Origin: Mobula hypostoma
Taxonomy: Eukaryota
Assembly (NCBI RefSeq): GCF_963921235.1
Contig: NC_086109.1
Coordinates: 27,220,001 to 27,284,000, forward strand
Length of the DNA stretch: 64,000 bases
Reading direction: 5' to 3'
The notes beneath the pieces were generated by a model. The model saw only the letters and a program-made list of their open reading frames with translations. It made no database searches and had not been told where the DNA came from. Shown in pieces: positions 26,581 to 37,836 of the stretch. A program made the position numbers and the translations under genes. Each line of letters begins with the position of its first letter. The stretch's first letter is position 1.

Positions 26581-27230
26581 AGTTAATATTTCTTGACTGA
26601 CAATCAGATTCAGCTGCTATTTTACAATAATTCATTTCCTTATCCTTTTTTTATACCAAAGGTGATGTAAGTAATTTAAACACACATTTAATCATACCTG
26701 ATTTTATCAATGCAAAATTGACATTTTTAGTTAAGGGATACAGAAAAATAAACTCAGAAGCTGGCGAGTGAGATATTGACAAACAGCTTGAAGCATGATA
26801 GAAACAAATACTCAAAATCATGTGCGCTTAAGGCTCAATGGGCAAATTGTCAAGGAATGGACAAAAACAATCATTCAAGGTATCAGAAAAGCAGCTTCTG
26901 TTTGTGTTAGGCTGCCGTAGTGGACATCATTCAAAACAACTACTTCTGTTTTATTTTGAAAAGTCACTTAAGCAGAGCAATCTAAATGTCGCCCTTACAT
27001 CTTTTCCCATCCAGTCAAAAGGTAATCCAAAGCAGCAACAAAAACCTATTCCCCCAAAGCAAAGAAAGAATTTCTATAAAGAAATTAATTCTGCACTAGC
27101 GATCTAGCTGAACTGAGCATTAAATAACAAATCACTACTTCCACATCAATAAACTTTAAGCAGGGAGCTGGACTTGAGGCTAAAATAGTTTACACTCAGC
27201 AGCTTCAAGAGGAACTGGAGTGAGCATGTA

Positions 27231-27775
27231 CACTCAGTGGCTACTTTATTAGGTAGCTCCTGTACTTAATAAAGTAGCCACTGAGTGTATGTTCATGGCC
27301 TTCTGCTGCTGTTGCCCATCTTCTTCAAGGTCCCACGTGTTGTGGACCCAGAGATGCTCTTCTGCACACCACTATTGTAACACATGAGTTATGTGATTTA
27401 CTGTCACCTTCCTGACAGAGTGAACCATTCTGGCCATTCTCCTCTGACCTCTCTCATTACAAGGTGTTTTTGCCTACAGAACTGCTGCTTACCGGATGTG
27501 TTTTTTTTTTGCCTCTTTACCTGTAAATGCTAGAGAATACTGTGCCTGAAAACCCCAGGAGATCATTGGTTTCTGAGATACTCAAACCACCCAGTCCAGC
27601 AACAATAATCACTCCGCAGTCACTTAGATCACATTTCTTCACCAGCCTGATGTCTCAACTGAACAACAACCTCTTGACCATGTCTGCATGCTTTTATGCA
27701 TTGAGTTATTGCTACATGATTGGCTGATTAGATATTTGCATAAAAAATGTACCTAAAAAAGTGGCTACTGAGTGT
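27231..27775 (-). mobile_element. Tc1-like non-autonomous DNA transposon
   Basis: TA-flanked TIRs CACTCAGTGGCTACTTTATTAGGTA / TACCTAAAAAAGTGGCTACTGAGTG; reverse-complement homolog at 56566-57124. Confidence 0.82.
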
Positions 27776-27854
27776 ATGTATGAAATGCCTCAACTAAAGG
27801 ACACTTAACAACAGTTCACAAAACTGTTATTTGCTTAGAAATGCGCTGTATGTG

Positions 27855-28286
27855 ACCTCAAAAATCTGCAGGGTTGTGGACATAATTAGTACATCCCAGA
27901 AGCTAATCTCCCTGCTATGGACTCTGTATTTACATCTCACTCACTCAGTAGAGCAGCCAGCATAATCAAAGACCACACCACACCGGACATTCACTCTCCT
28001 CCCCTCTCCCACTGGGTAGAAGATGCAAAAGCCTGCAAGTATGTACCACCAGGCTCAAGGACAGCTTCTATCCCACTCTTATCAGACTCCTGAATTCTTG
28101 TTTGATAAGATGGATTCTTGGCCTCACAGTCTACCTCATTATGATCTTCCACTTAATTGTTCACTGGCACTGAGATGTTTTGATAGCTTTTGCACTTTAT
28201 TCTGCATTGTTATTGTTTTTTCATTACTGTGTAATGATTTGATCTGTAGGAACAGTATACAACATAATCTTTTCACTGTATCTTGG
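27855..28286 (+). mobile_element. Rex1/L2-type LINE 3' fragment
   Basis: AASIIKD..HPGHSL.SPLP.GRR-like ORF end; tail cut by the Gypsy LTR. Confidence 0.65.
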
Positions 28287-31060
28287 TGTAGGGTAATGTA
28301 ATTGGTGGAAACCTACATAATTCAAAGCCATTGACATTGAGTTGGGCTTCACTTTAAAAGGATGGTTCTGATGTGATGATGTAATTATGTAAAGTCTTTT
28401 TTCTGTGCTTTGTGTATAATGTTTGGAATATAGTAAATGAGTTGTTACAGTCTTTTTTAAATATAAAACTTCTCTGCCGCTTTTATTTGTGAAAACCTAC
28501 ACTGGTAACCCCGATGCTCTAGGATGATTCCACAGTTATTGAACATGTTGGCCAATACAGTCACTTTGAAACTGCTGGAGTTTTGGGAGCAAAATACCAT
28601 TGCTTGGCTTGTACAAGCCGAGGCCCAGTTTGTGCTGTGAGAAATCACTGCCGCCAACACCAAATATTTCTATGTGGTAGCATTGCTCAGCAATTCCACG
28701 TCTGTGAGTCTACTTGAACACTTGCCTTAACACAATAAATTCCGATCGCTGTTAACTCACCTTCTACAGACTTTTGGGCTTTCAGGGTCTAAGCGTGCAA
28801 AACAGTTGCTCTCCTTACCTGGTCTCAGGGAAGCTGGGCCTTCAGAGCTAATGGACCACATGCTGTCTCTCCAGGGAAATCACCATCCTTGTTTCATTCT
28901 TAAAGAACTTTTCCTGCAGCAAGTGCCTGATCAAGTTCTCATAGCCCTCGCTAATGCACCCGTGAAGGATTACAGGGAGCTTGCTAAAATGGCTGATAGT
29001 TTACACTCAGCCAGGCAGTTGTGTATCATTCCTCCTCCTTTCCCTACCTCAATAAGCCTGGTCAGCACACCCCACCCCGACATAAGGATGCCACAGCTGC
29101 GAAACAAATGACGCTGGGCCTGTGTTTTTACCAGGTCCACTTTGGTATGAATGCTAGGAGGTGCTGACCAATTTGCAGCTTTGAGAGTGCCAGCACATCA
29201 GGACATCAGAGGTCTATGAACACCATGGGTTCCAGCTGCAAGGGTTGTCTACTGTTCATTAGGGACACCCTTTCAGGGCGACAATTCTTCAGTGATACTG
29301 GTACTCAAGTGAGGTTGCTGCCAGCATTGTCTATTGATGAGAAGACAGAGAGTGACAAAACCTTGCTGGAGGCCACCAATGGCAGTAGGATCCAGACTTA
29401 CAGAACATGATGGGTGATGTTTAGCATCACCATCGACTTTCACCCATCAAAAGTAGCTGGTATTATGAATTTCCCACCGCCCCACACTACTAAAAAACTA
29501 CAGGAGTTTTTAGGCATGGTAAATTTCTATCACCACTTCATTCCAGGCTTTTGCTGAACTTATGATTCCCTTGTATAGTGCGCTTAAAGGCAACGATCCT
29601 AATCAGGTGCTTGGTCAGCGGAAATGACCAGGGCATTTAATGATATAAAAGAAGCACTTTCCAATGCAACCCTACTGGCACACCATATAGCCATTACTGA
29701 TGATGCTTCAGACTGTGCTGCTGTGCATGAACAGTTCGATCGAAGTATGTGGCAGTCACTCGCCTTCTTCAGCTGGCAGCTCCATCCTCCTGAAAGGAAG
29801 TACAGCACAAGTGACCAGGAGCATCTCAGTCTCTATCTGGCTGTCCTCCATTTTTGGTTTCTTCCAGAAGAGTTCATTGACCACAAACCCCTCGTGCATA
29901 CAATGGACAAAATATCGGACCCTTGGTCTGCATGGCAGCAACACCACCTGGCCTACACATCCGAGTTCACAGCAGATGTACAACATATCAAAGGGAAAAA
30001 TAGTGCTGTGGCTGATTGCTGACATGGGAACTGACCAAGCTACTGACCCAGAGGTCCAGGCTTACTGAACAGCAGTTACGGGATTGTGGTTGGCTGACGT
30101 TAAATTCAGGGAAGCTGGGGTTTCTCTCCTGTGCGATGTCTCAACCAGTCGCCCTCACCCCACAGTGACCGCTAATTGGAGGCGGACTGTTTTTGACGCC
30201 ACAGATGGCCTTTCACATCCGGGCTGGAAGGCCTCATAGAAACTGGCTGATTGCAGTAAAGTTGGTGTGGCACATCCTCAGAAAGGACATGTATGATCGG
30301 TCTGCAGCCTGTGTGGAGTGCTAGTGGGAAAAAAATTAACTGTCATGTTCAGGCACCATTGGCACCTTTTTGAAGTCCCTGAGCAACAGTTTGACCATGT
30401 CAATGTGAACCTGGTTGGTCCTTCACCCACTCTGTGGTTTCATACACCTCCATATCCTGGTGGTCCATACCACCAGGTGGCCAGATGTCGTGCCTTCAGC
30501 GTCCATGATGGCTGCAGATGTGGCTCGGGTGTTCATCAGCACCTGGGTTGCTCAGTTTGGCACACCATCTGATATTTCCTCCGACCACTGTCCCCAATTC
30601 ATATCAGACCTCTGAGCTGTGATGGCCCCGAACCACCGTGTTAAGCTAAATCACACCATGGTATATCTCCCGCAGTCCAGTGGCCTATATGAGTGGTTTC
30701 ACCGCTCCTTAAAGGCTGCTCTGAAGGCTTTGCTGACAGATGAGTGCTGGGATAATCATCCCCTGTGTGTCTTGCTGGGGCTCCAAACAGCTCCAAAAGC
30801 GGATCTGAATTTGTCTGCAGCTGATTTGGTATATGTGCAGCTGTTATGAGTGCCAGGTGATTTTATTCCTGACACCATGACAGCCTGATTGGCCTCTCAA
30901 CAGCCTCCTCAGTAAATCCAATTCCTTTGCATCTAATCTTATCTCCCATCATGGCATACGGCACTCTTGGGTTTCTGTTGACGTACATTTAGCTGCATTT
31001 GTTTTTGTCCGCAATGATGAACACCAACATGCCCTGAGGCCCCCCTTATGATGGCCCGTG
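28287..31060 (+). mobile_element. Gypsy LTR retrotransposon (CsRn1-like), RT deleted, no 3' LTR seen
   Basis: LTR TGTAGG...CCTACA 28287-28501; PBS TGGTAACCCCGA (tRNA-Trp-like); gag LKLLEFWEQNTIAWLVQAEAQF; protease FSDTGTQV; LQEFLGMVNFYHHF; RNase H TDDASD..LAFFS; integrase FGTPSDISSD; ends near RPPYDGP. Confidence 0.88.
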
Positions 31061-31724
31061 GGAAAATGGCTGCAAGAGGGCACACTCTAACCATCAGCAT
31101 TTAATGCTTTCCTTTGAATGAGCTGAAAAAGTGACCAGTTAATTCTGAAGTTAGAGCACAAAATCATCATGTGCATCCATGAGGGAGGAGATTTGAAATA
31201 CTCTGCCTCCTGCCATTGAGAATTACACTTTGCAGCCATTTCAGAAATCTTCTGCTTGCCTCAATACATCAGCTACCTAACAACCAACCAACTTTCAGTA
31301 AAGAGAAGGGAACAAGTGAGTGGAAATTCTTTGTACTCAGGACTGGCATTTACATTTTTATAATTGCAGGACATTTTAAAGTGCTTGACAGTAAAAGGTC
31401 CCTTTTGAACATAGTAATCCTGGTAATGTAGGAAACAGATGAGCACACAGCAAAATCCCACAACAGAACCATAATAAGCACCAGGTAATCTGCTTTAATA
31501 ATACATTAGAGGATAAACATTAGCCACAACACCACTCTGAAACTCACAAGTTTCTTCAAAATAATGCCCAGCAATCTTTAATGCCCATGAGAGTACAGAG
31601 GAGGACATAGTTTAATATATCTCTTGCAGACATTACTCCCACAATCCCACAGAGAGCTCCAACATAATGAGAGTTTAGAAATAAAACACATAAAATACTG
31701 GAAGAGCTCATCAGGTCAGGCAGC

Positions 31725-32150
31725 AGACTGACTTACTGCCCATTCTACTGCCGGCATTTTGGGCAGCAATGAAGGTTCTCCGTCTCTGGCAGTGTACAGG
31801 GCTCCCCTATCACGTCAGCAGCTTCCTCTTGGTTTTCACTGCTGTCAGTCATGCAAATCCTGGGTGGAGACTCAGGAATACCATCGCAGTCAGATGTAGA
31901 AGGATTCTTCTTTGCTGTTTCCATCGCAATTTTGTTTTACCAGTCAGGGTTGTTAGCCCCAAGCTGAACGCAGGAACCTGGAGGACTGGTGGACCATTTT
32001 CAGTCTGTACTCTACCCTTTGACCTGTTTGGCATGGGTGACCCTACCAAGAACCAAAAGACAAGGCCCTGACGCCAGCCAACATACTACTCTGGGCCACT
32101 GAGGCACGCAAGCCTCCAAACCACAACGAGGTTGTGAGCCTCCTGGAGGG
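31725..32150 (-). mobile_element. RTE-derived bipartite non-autonomous element, inserted in a pLTR mini-element
   Basis: Minus-strand RTE-type 5' UTR (AGGGTCACCCATGCCAAACAGGTCAAAGG) fused to a short 3' end (CCAGAGACGGAGAACCTTCATTGCTGCCC); flanks 31690-31725 and 32155-32250 are halves of the pLTR repeat. Confidence 0.6.
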
Positions 32151-33031
32151 GAGGAGCATGGAGGGGAATAAACAGTTGACATACCATCCTCCAGCATGTT
32201 GTCTGTGTTACTCCAGATGTCCTGCATCTGCAGAATCTCTTGTTTTGAAATAAACAATTACTTTTCAATAGAGTCGGAGAAATCGGGAATGCTTCTGTAA
32301 ATCAGACCAGGTACTCTAGCAGCAGCAAGACAGATGACAAAACACTCCAACAGGTAATTAGGGCAGCTCAGCACATCATTGGGACTCAGCTACCAGACCT
32401 GGAGACAAAATACAAATCTTGATGCCTACAGCATGACACTAGACGTTAGAATACTACAGCACAGTACAGGCCCTTCAGCCCTCGATGTTGTGCCAACCCA
32501 TATATTCCTTTAAAAAGAAGTACTAAACCTACACTACCCCGTAACCCTCTATTTTTCTTTCATCCATGTGCCTGTCCAAGAGGCTCCAAAATACCTCTAA
32601 TGTTTTAGACTCAACCACCATCCCTGGCAAGTCATTCCAGGCACCCACAACCCTCTGTGTAAAAAACTTACCCCTGATGTTTCCCCTAAACTTCCCTCCC
32701 TTAACTTTGTAAATATGCCCTCTGGTGTTTGCTATTCATGCCCTGGGAAACAGGTACCCTATCTATGCTTCTAATAATCTTGTAGACCTTTATCATGTCC
32801 CCTCTCAATCTTCTATGGTCCAAAGAGAAAAGTCCCAGCTTTACTAACCTTGCCTCATAAGACTTGTTTTCCAATCCAGGCAACATCCTGGTAAATCTTC
32901 TCTGCACCTTCTCCATAGCTTCCACATCATTCCTATAATGAGGTGACCAGAACTGAACACAATACTCTAACAACATGCATAAAAGTTGCTGGTGAATGCA
33001 GCAGGCCAGGCAGCATCTCTAGGAAGAGGTG

Positions 33032-33068
33032 CAGTCGACGTTTCAGGCCGAGACCCTTCGTCAGGACT
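33032..33068 (-). ncRNA. Minimal hammerhead ribozyme motif in inverted pLTR
   Basis: Reverse complement AGTC CTGACGA AGG GTCTCGG CCT GAAA CG TC GACT. Confidence 0.75.
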
Positions 33069-33267
33069 AACTGAAGGAAGAGTGAGTAAGGGATTTGAAG
33101 GTTGGAGGGGGAGGGGGAGATCCAAAATGATAGGAGAAGACAAGGGGGGGAGGGGAACTGAAGGAAGAGTGAGTAAGGGATTTGAAAGTTGGAGGGGGAG
33201 GGGGAGATCCAAAATGATAGGAGAAGACAGGAGGGGGAGGGATAGAGCCAAGACAGCAAAACTGAAA

Positions 33268-33703
33268 AACAGTAGACAACCCTTGCAGCTGGAACCCATG
33301 GTGTTCATAGACCTCTGATGTCCTGATGTGCTGGCACTCTCAAAGCTGCAAATTGGTCAGCACCTCCTAGCATTCATACCAAAGTGGACCTGGTAAAAAC
33401 ACAGGCCCAGCGTCATTTGTTTCGCAGCTGTGGCATCCTTATGTCGGGGTGGGGCGTGCTGACCAGGCTTATTGAGGTAGGGAAAGGAGGAGGAATGATA
33501 CACAACTGCCTGGCTGAGTGTAAACTATCAGCCATTTTAGCAAGCTCCCTGTAATCCTTCACGGGTGCATTAGCGAGGGCTATGAGAACTTGATCAGGCA
33601 CTTGCTGCAGGAAAAGTTCTTTAAGAATGAAACAAGGATGGTGATTTCCCTGGAGAGACAGCATGTGGTCCATTAGCTCTGAAGGCCCAGCTTCCCTGAG
33701 ACC
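33268..33703 (-). repeat. 436-bp inverted copy of Gypsy gag 28821-29256
   Basis: Identical translated ORFs (28806+ vs 33413-); one nucleotide mismatch seen by eye. Confidence 0.95.
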
Positions 33704-34547
33704 TCCCCCTCCAACTTTCAAATCCCTTACTCACTCTTCCTTCAGTTCCCCCCCCCCTCCTGTCTTCTCCTATCATTTTGGATCTCCCCCTCCCCCTCTC
33801 AAATCCCTTACTCACATCTTTCCCTCCCCACCTCTCTCTGCATTCCGCAGGGATCGCTTCCTACGCAACTCCCTTGTCCATTCGTCCCCCCCATCCCTCC
33901 CCACTGATCTCCCTCCTGGCACTTATCTGTGTAAGCGGAACAAGTGCTACAGATGCCCTTACACTTCCTCCCTTACCACCATTCAGGGCCCCAAACAGTC
34001 CTTCCAGGTGAGGCATCACTTCACCTGTGAGTCGACTGGGGTGATATACTGCGTCCGGTGTTCCCGATGTGGCCTTTTATATATTGGCGAGACCTGACGC
34101 AGACTGGGAGACCGCTTTGCTGAACATCTACGCTCTGTCTGCCAGAGAAAGCAGGATCTCCCAGTGGCCACACATTTTAATTCCACATCCCATTCCCATT
34201 CTGACATGTCTATCCACGGCCTCCTCTACTGTAAAGATGAAGCCACACTCAGGTTGGAGGAACAACACCTTATATTCCGTCTGGGTAGCCTCCAACCTGA
34301 TGGCATGAACATCGACTTCTCTAACTTCCGCTAAGGCCCCACCTCCCCCTCGTACCCCATCTGTTACTCATTTTTATGCACACATTCTTTCTCTCACTCT
34401 CTTTTTTCTCCCTCTGTCCCTCTGAATATACCTCTTGCCCATCCTCTGGGTCACCCCCCCGCCCTTGTCTTTCTTCCCAGACCTCCTGTCCCATGATCCT
34501 CTCGTATCCCCTTTTGCCTATCACCTGTCCAGCTCTTGGCTCTATCC

Positions 34548-34802
34548 CTCCCCCTCCTGTCTTCTCCTATCATTTTGGATCTCCCCCTCCCCCTCCAACT
34601 TTCAAATCCCTTACTCACTCTTCCTTCAGTTCCCCCCCCCCCCCGTCTTCTCCTATCATTTTGGATCTCCCCCTCCCCCTCCAACTTTCAAATCCCTTAC
34701 TCACTCTTCCTTCAGTTCCCCCCCCCCCCGTCTTCTCCTATCATTTTGGATCTCCCCCTCCCCCTCCAACTTTCAAATCCCTTACTCACTCTTCCTTCAG
34801 TT
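34548..34802 (+). repeat. Three tandem ~85-bp pyrimidine-rich units in the pLTR
   Basis: TTGGATCTCCCC recurs at 34575, 34661 and 34746. Confidence 0.9.
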
Positions 34803-34839
34803 AGTCCTGACGAAGGGTCTCGGTCTGAAACGTCGACTG
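34803..34839 (+). ncRNA. Minimal hammerhead ribozyme motif in 3' pLTR
   Basis: AGTC CTGACGA AGG GTCTCGG TCT GAAA CG TC GACT. Confidence 0.72.
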
Positions 34840-37836
34840 CACCTCTTCCTAGAGATGCTGCCTGGCCTGCTGCGTTCACCAGCAACTTTTATGCGTGTTG
34901 CTTGAATTTCCAGCATCTGCAGAATTCCTGTTGTTTGCGTTTTACAATACTCTAAGTGTGGTCTCACCAGAGATTTGTAGAGTTGCAACATGACCTCTCT
35001 ACTCTTGAACTCAATCCCCCTATTAATGAAGCCTAGCATCCCATATACCTTCTTAACTAACCTATCAATCTGTGCAGGGAAATTGTGGGATGACTGGATT
35101 TGAACCTCAAAGTCCCTCTGTTCATCCCCACTCTTAAGTAACCGACCATTAACCCTGTACTCAGCCTTCTGGTTTGTCCTTCCAAAGTGCATCACCTCAC
35201 ACTTATCTGGATTGAACTTCATCTGCCACTTTTCTGCCCAACTCTGCATCCTGTCTATATCCTCTTGCAACCTTCGGCAACCTATAGCTCCATCCACAAC
35301 TCCTCCAATCTTTGTGTCATCCACAAACTTACTCACCCATCCATCCGCCTCTTCATCCACGTCATTTATAAAAATCACAAAGATTAGGGGTCCCAGGACA
35401 GATCAGGACATGCTTGTAACATCATTAAAGAGCATCCCAGATAATGTCTGTTCAATCACCTGCTATCTGGTAGGAGATTCAGAAACATCTTAGCCAAGAC
35501 AGCAAAACTGAAAAACAGTTTCTTCCCGAGGGCTGTTGTGGAAACTGAATAATGCTACACCCCAGCTTGCCAATGGCCTTTGAGTGTTATGGATTATCAA
35601 AGTCACTTGTTGCATGTAAATATGGGAATTTTTAAAAGTTGAGCCATACTGCATGTATTGTAAATAACTGTTTTGCATGGACAGGAGTAGAACTGCAATC
35701 CCATTGTCCTGAGCAATGACAATGCAGTTCTATTCCATTCTATTGTCAAAACCAGTTGGTTTTAAATATCTAAAGGAGTTGTCCTAGAGGAAAAATTGCT
35801 TATATATGGTCAATTACTAGAAAACACTCATATCTATCCCCTTGTTTGTATTTCTCCAGCTGGATAAATATCAACAGTACATTTTAATATCCTTAAGTAA
35901 GCCTAAACCAACTTTGACAAGCTTTACCTGTTTTCTCAATACAAGTAATTAATCCGTATGTGTACACAGAGCTAAAACCAGAATCCCATGGCAGCAACTC
36001 AGGAATTTAAATTCAATAAAGTCTGGAATACAAAACAACTACCAGAAATGGTTGCCAAGAAGAAAATAGACCACCTGCTTCTCTGATACATTTTAAGGAA
36101 ATCTGCCATCATGCCCCAATCTGTTTGACTCGAGTCCCACACTGGGATGGACTAGGTGGTCAATTATGAGTCACCGTCTGAGATAGCTTTGCAAACTACA
36201 CAGTTCAAGGAGGATTATAAATGCGATAACAATAGTTGGTCTGGCAAGTGACACCAATATCTTGTGGTCAACAAAAGCAAATAACATGCACTTCTCATTT
36301 TGCTAACAGAAATCCAAACTGCATGGACTTCATAAAATAAGTTGAATTCTGCAATACACAAAATGCTGGAGGAACTCAGCAGGTCAGGCAACATCTATAG
36401 AGAGGATTAAACAGTTTGTCAGAACTCTGGATTTCTAGCACCTGCAGAATCTCTTGCGTTTATAATTTAACTTGCCGACTCCTAAACAAGATAGTGGGTT
36501 TCCATATATGACATCAACCTGCACTGAAATAACTGTTTTTCCCCATATACGGTATTATCATGGATAAAATCCAAAATTATTGGTACAAAGTACTAAAAGG
36601 CAGTCAACAACAGAGGAGCTAAGACTTCTAATTCCTTTACATTTGACTGGCTTGTCCATAGAAGGAATAAGTAACAAACAAAAAAGCTGAGCCAAGGCAT
36701 TAAGCTACAGGCTGATAAACAGAGTGATAATGGTAAATGTCAGAAAGGAATAGGACTTCATGCTGAGGGAGTCTGCTAGCCTCAATTACACTGGCTATGT
36801 GCATTCCAGTTTAAGTGCTGATTTAACATTGGACATTGCACAGCCAGAATTATTTTGCGGTCGGAGCACAACAAAACTACCTCTGGTATGTTCATGCTTC
36901 CATTATATGAACCGACATTTGCTGTGAGCCATCGTGAGTTTTCTGGCTGAATGATGAAATTCCAGCCGCAGGCAGGCAAACCTCATCCTTTAATAAGGAA
37001 TGCTTTCACCCATGTTTACAGTGAACACCGTGTTACCGCTAGGAATATCAGCAGACATTCAGTTTCTTAAACATGGCAACATGAGTTATACTTTAACATA
37101 CACTGTGAAATTAATAGAAAAGAATACTTAGGGCCTTTCACAAATTATATTGACCTGTCTATGGCAATTGCAATTGAAATTGTAAAATATTGACTTAAGT
37201 TCGTAATGCAGTGGCCCCGTGTCAATTTAAGCATAAACTGTGATTGATTTAGTCCACTTAGTTATTCCTGAATTTAATTGCAACACTATCAACTGTACCC
37301 TCCAGCCTTCATCTACTAAGCTTTGGAAATACCATCTGTAAATTTCTTCATTCACAACCACTCTTTATTCCTTAAAAAAAACTCTTTAAAGCCTACTGAT
37401 TTAACCAAGCTTTGGTCATCATCTCTAATATCTCCTTATATGGCTCTTGATTCTTAAAGGTCCTGGGGTGGGTCACTTTGAGTTGCTATATAAATGTAAG
37501 TGTTGTTATCCTGGGTCCAGCACATAACAGCAACCTTGAAGAAGGTTCCCTAGTGTCTACACGTTCTTAGATGTTGAAGGAGATTCAACCGATCTGAAAA
37601 CCCAAATCTACCTCTAATTATATTTCCATGTACTAATGCTGTCAAGTTTTGACATGCAAGTATAATTTGTTAGTTTGTTTCTTTAATTTATGTGTTGACA
37701 TGTTTGTAATGTGCTGTGCTGCTACAGTAATAAAGCTAGTTTTTATGAACCTAATTTTAGACTTACAAAATTAGTGAAAAGTTTACATTCAGCTCTAATA
37801 AAAGTATACTGGGATACATTTTGCAGTTGCATATAA

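Larger units (their letters stand above)
32971..34943 (+). mobile_element. Penelope-like element: inverted 5' pLTR, captured local DNA, GIY-YIG, 3' pLTR + tail
   Basis: TSD ACAATACTCTAA (32959-32970, 34944-34955). AFRRDR..CKRNKCYRC..VIYCVRCSRCGLLYIGET*RRLGDRFAEH..LGSLQPDGMNIDFSNFR* at 33815-34334. 32971-33253 is the reverse complement of the 3' pLTR. Confidence 0.92.
32445..35405 (-). mobile_element. 5'-truncated CR1, split by the PLE insertion
   Basis: SKFVDDTKIGG...LYKSLVRPHLEYC (34944-35378) continues as LEYCVQFWSPHYR (below 32970). Confidence 0.92.

Noticed and set aside
34548..34802. CRISPR-like array
   Set aside because: Plain tandem repeat with no unique spacers; eukaryotic context.
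32933..34955. Cluster of Pro/Ser/Leu-rich overlapping ORFs
   Set aside because: Translations of the 85-bp pyrimidine repeats.
34797..35378. 193-aa ORF as a novel fusion gene
   Set aside because: CR1 RT reading by chance into the antisense PLE tail across the insertion junction.
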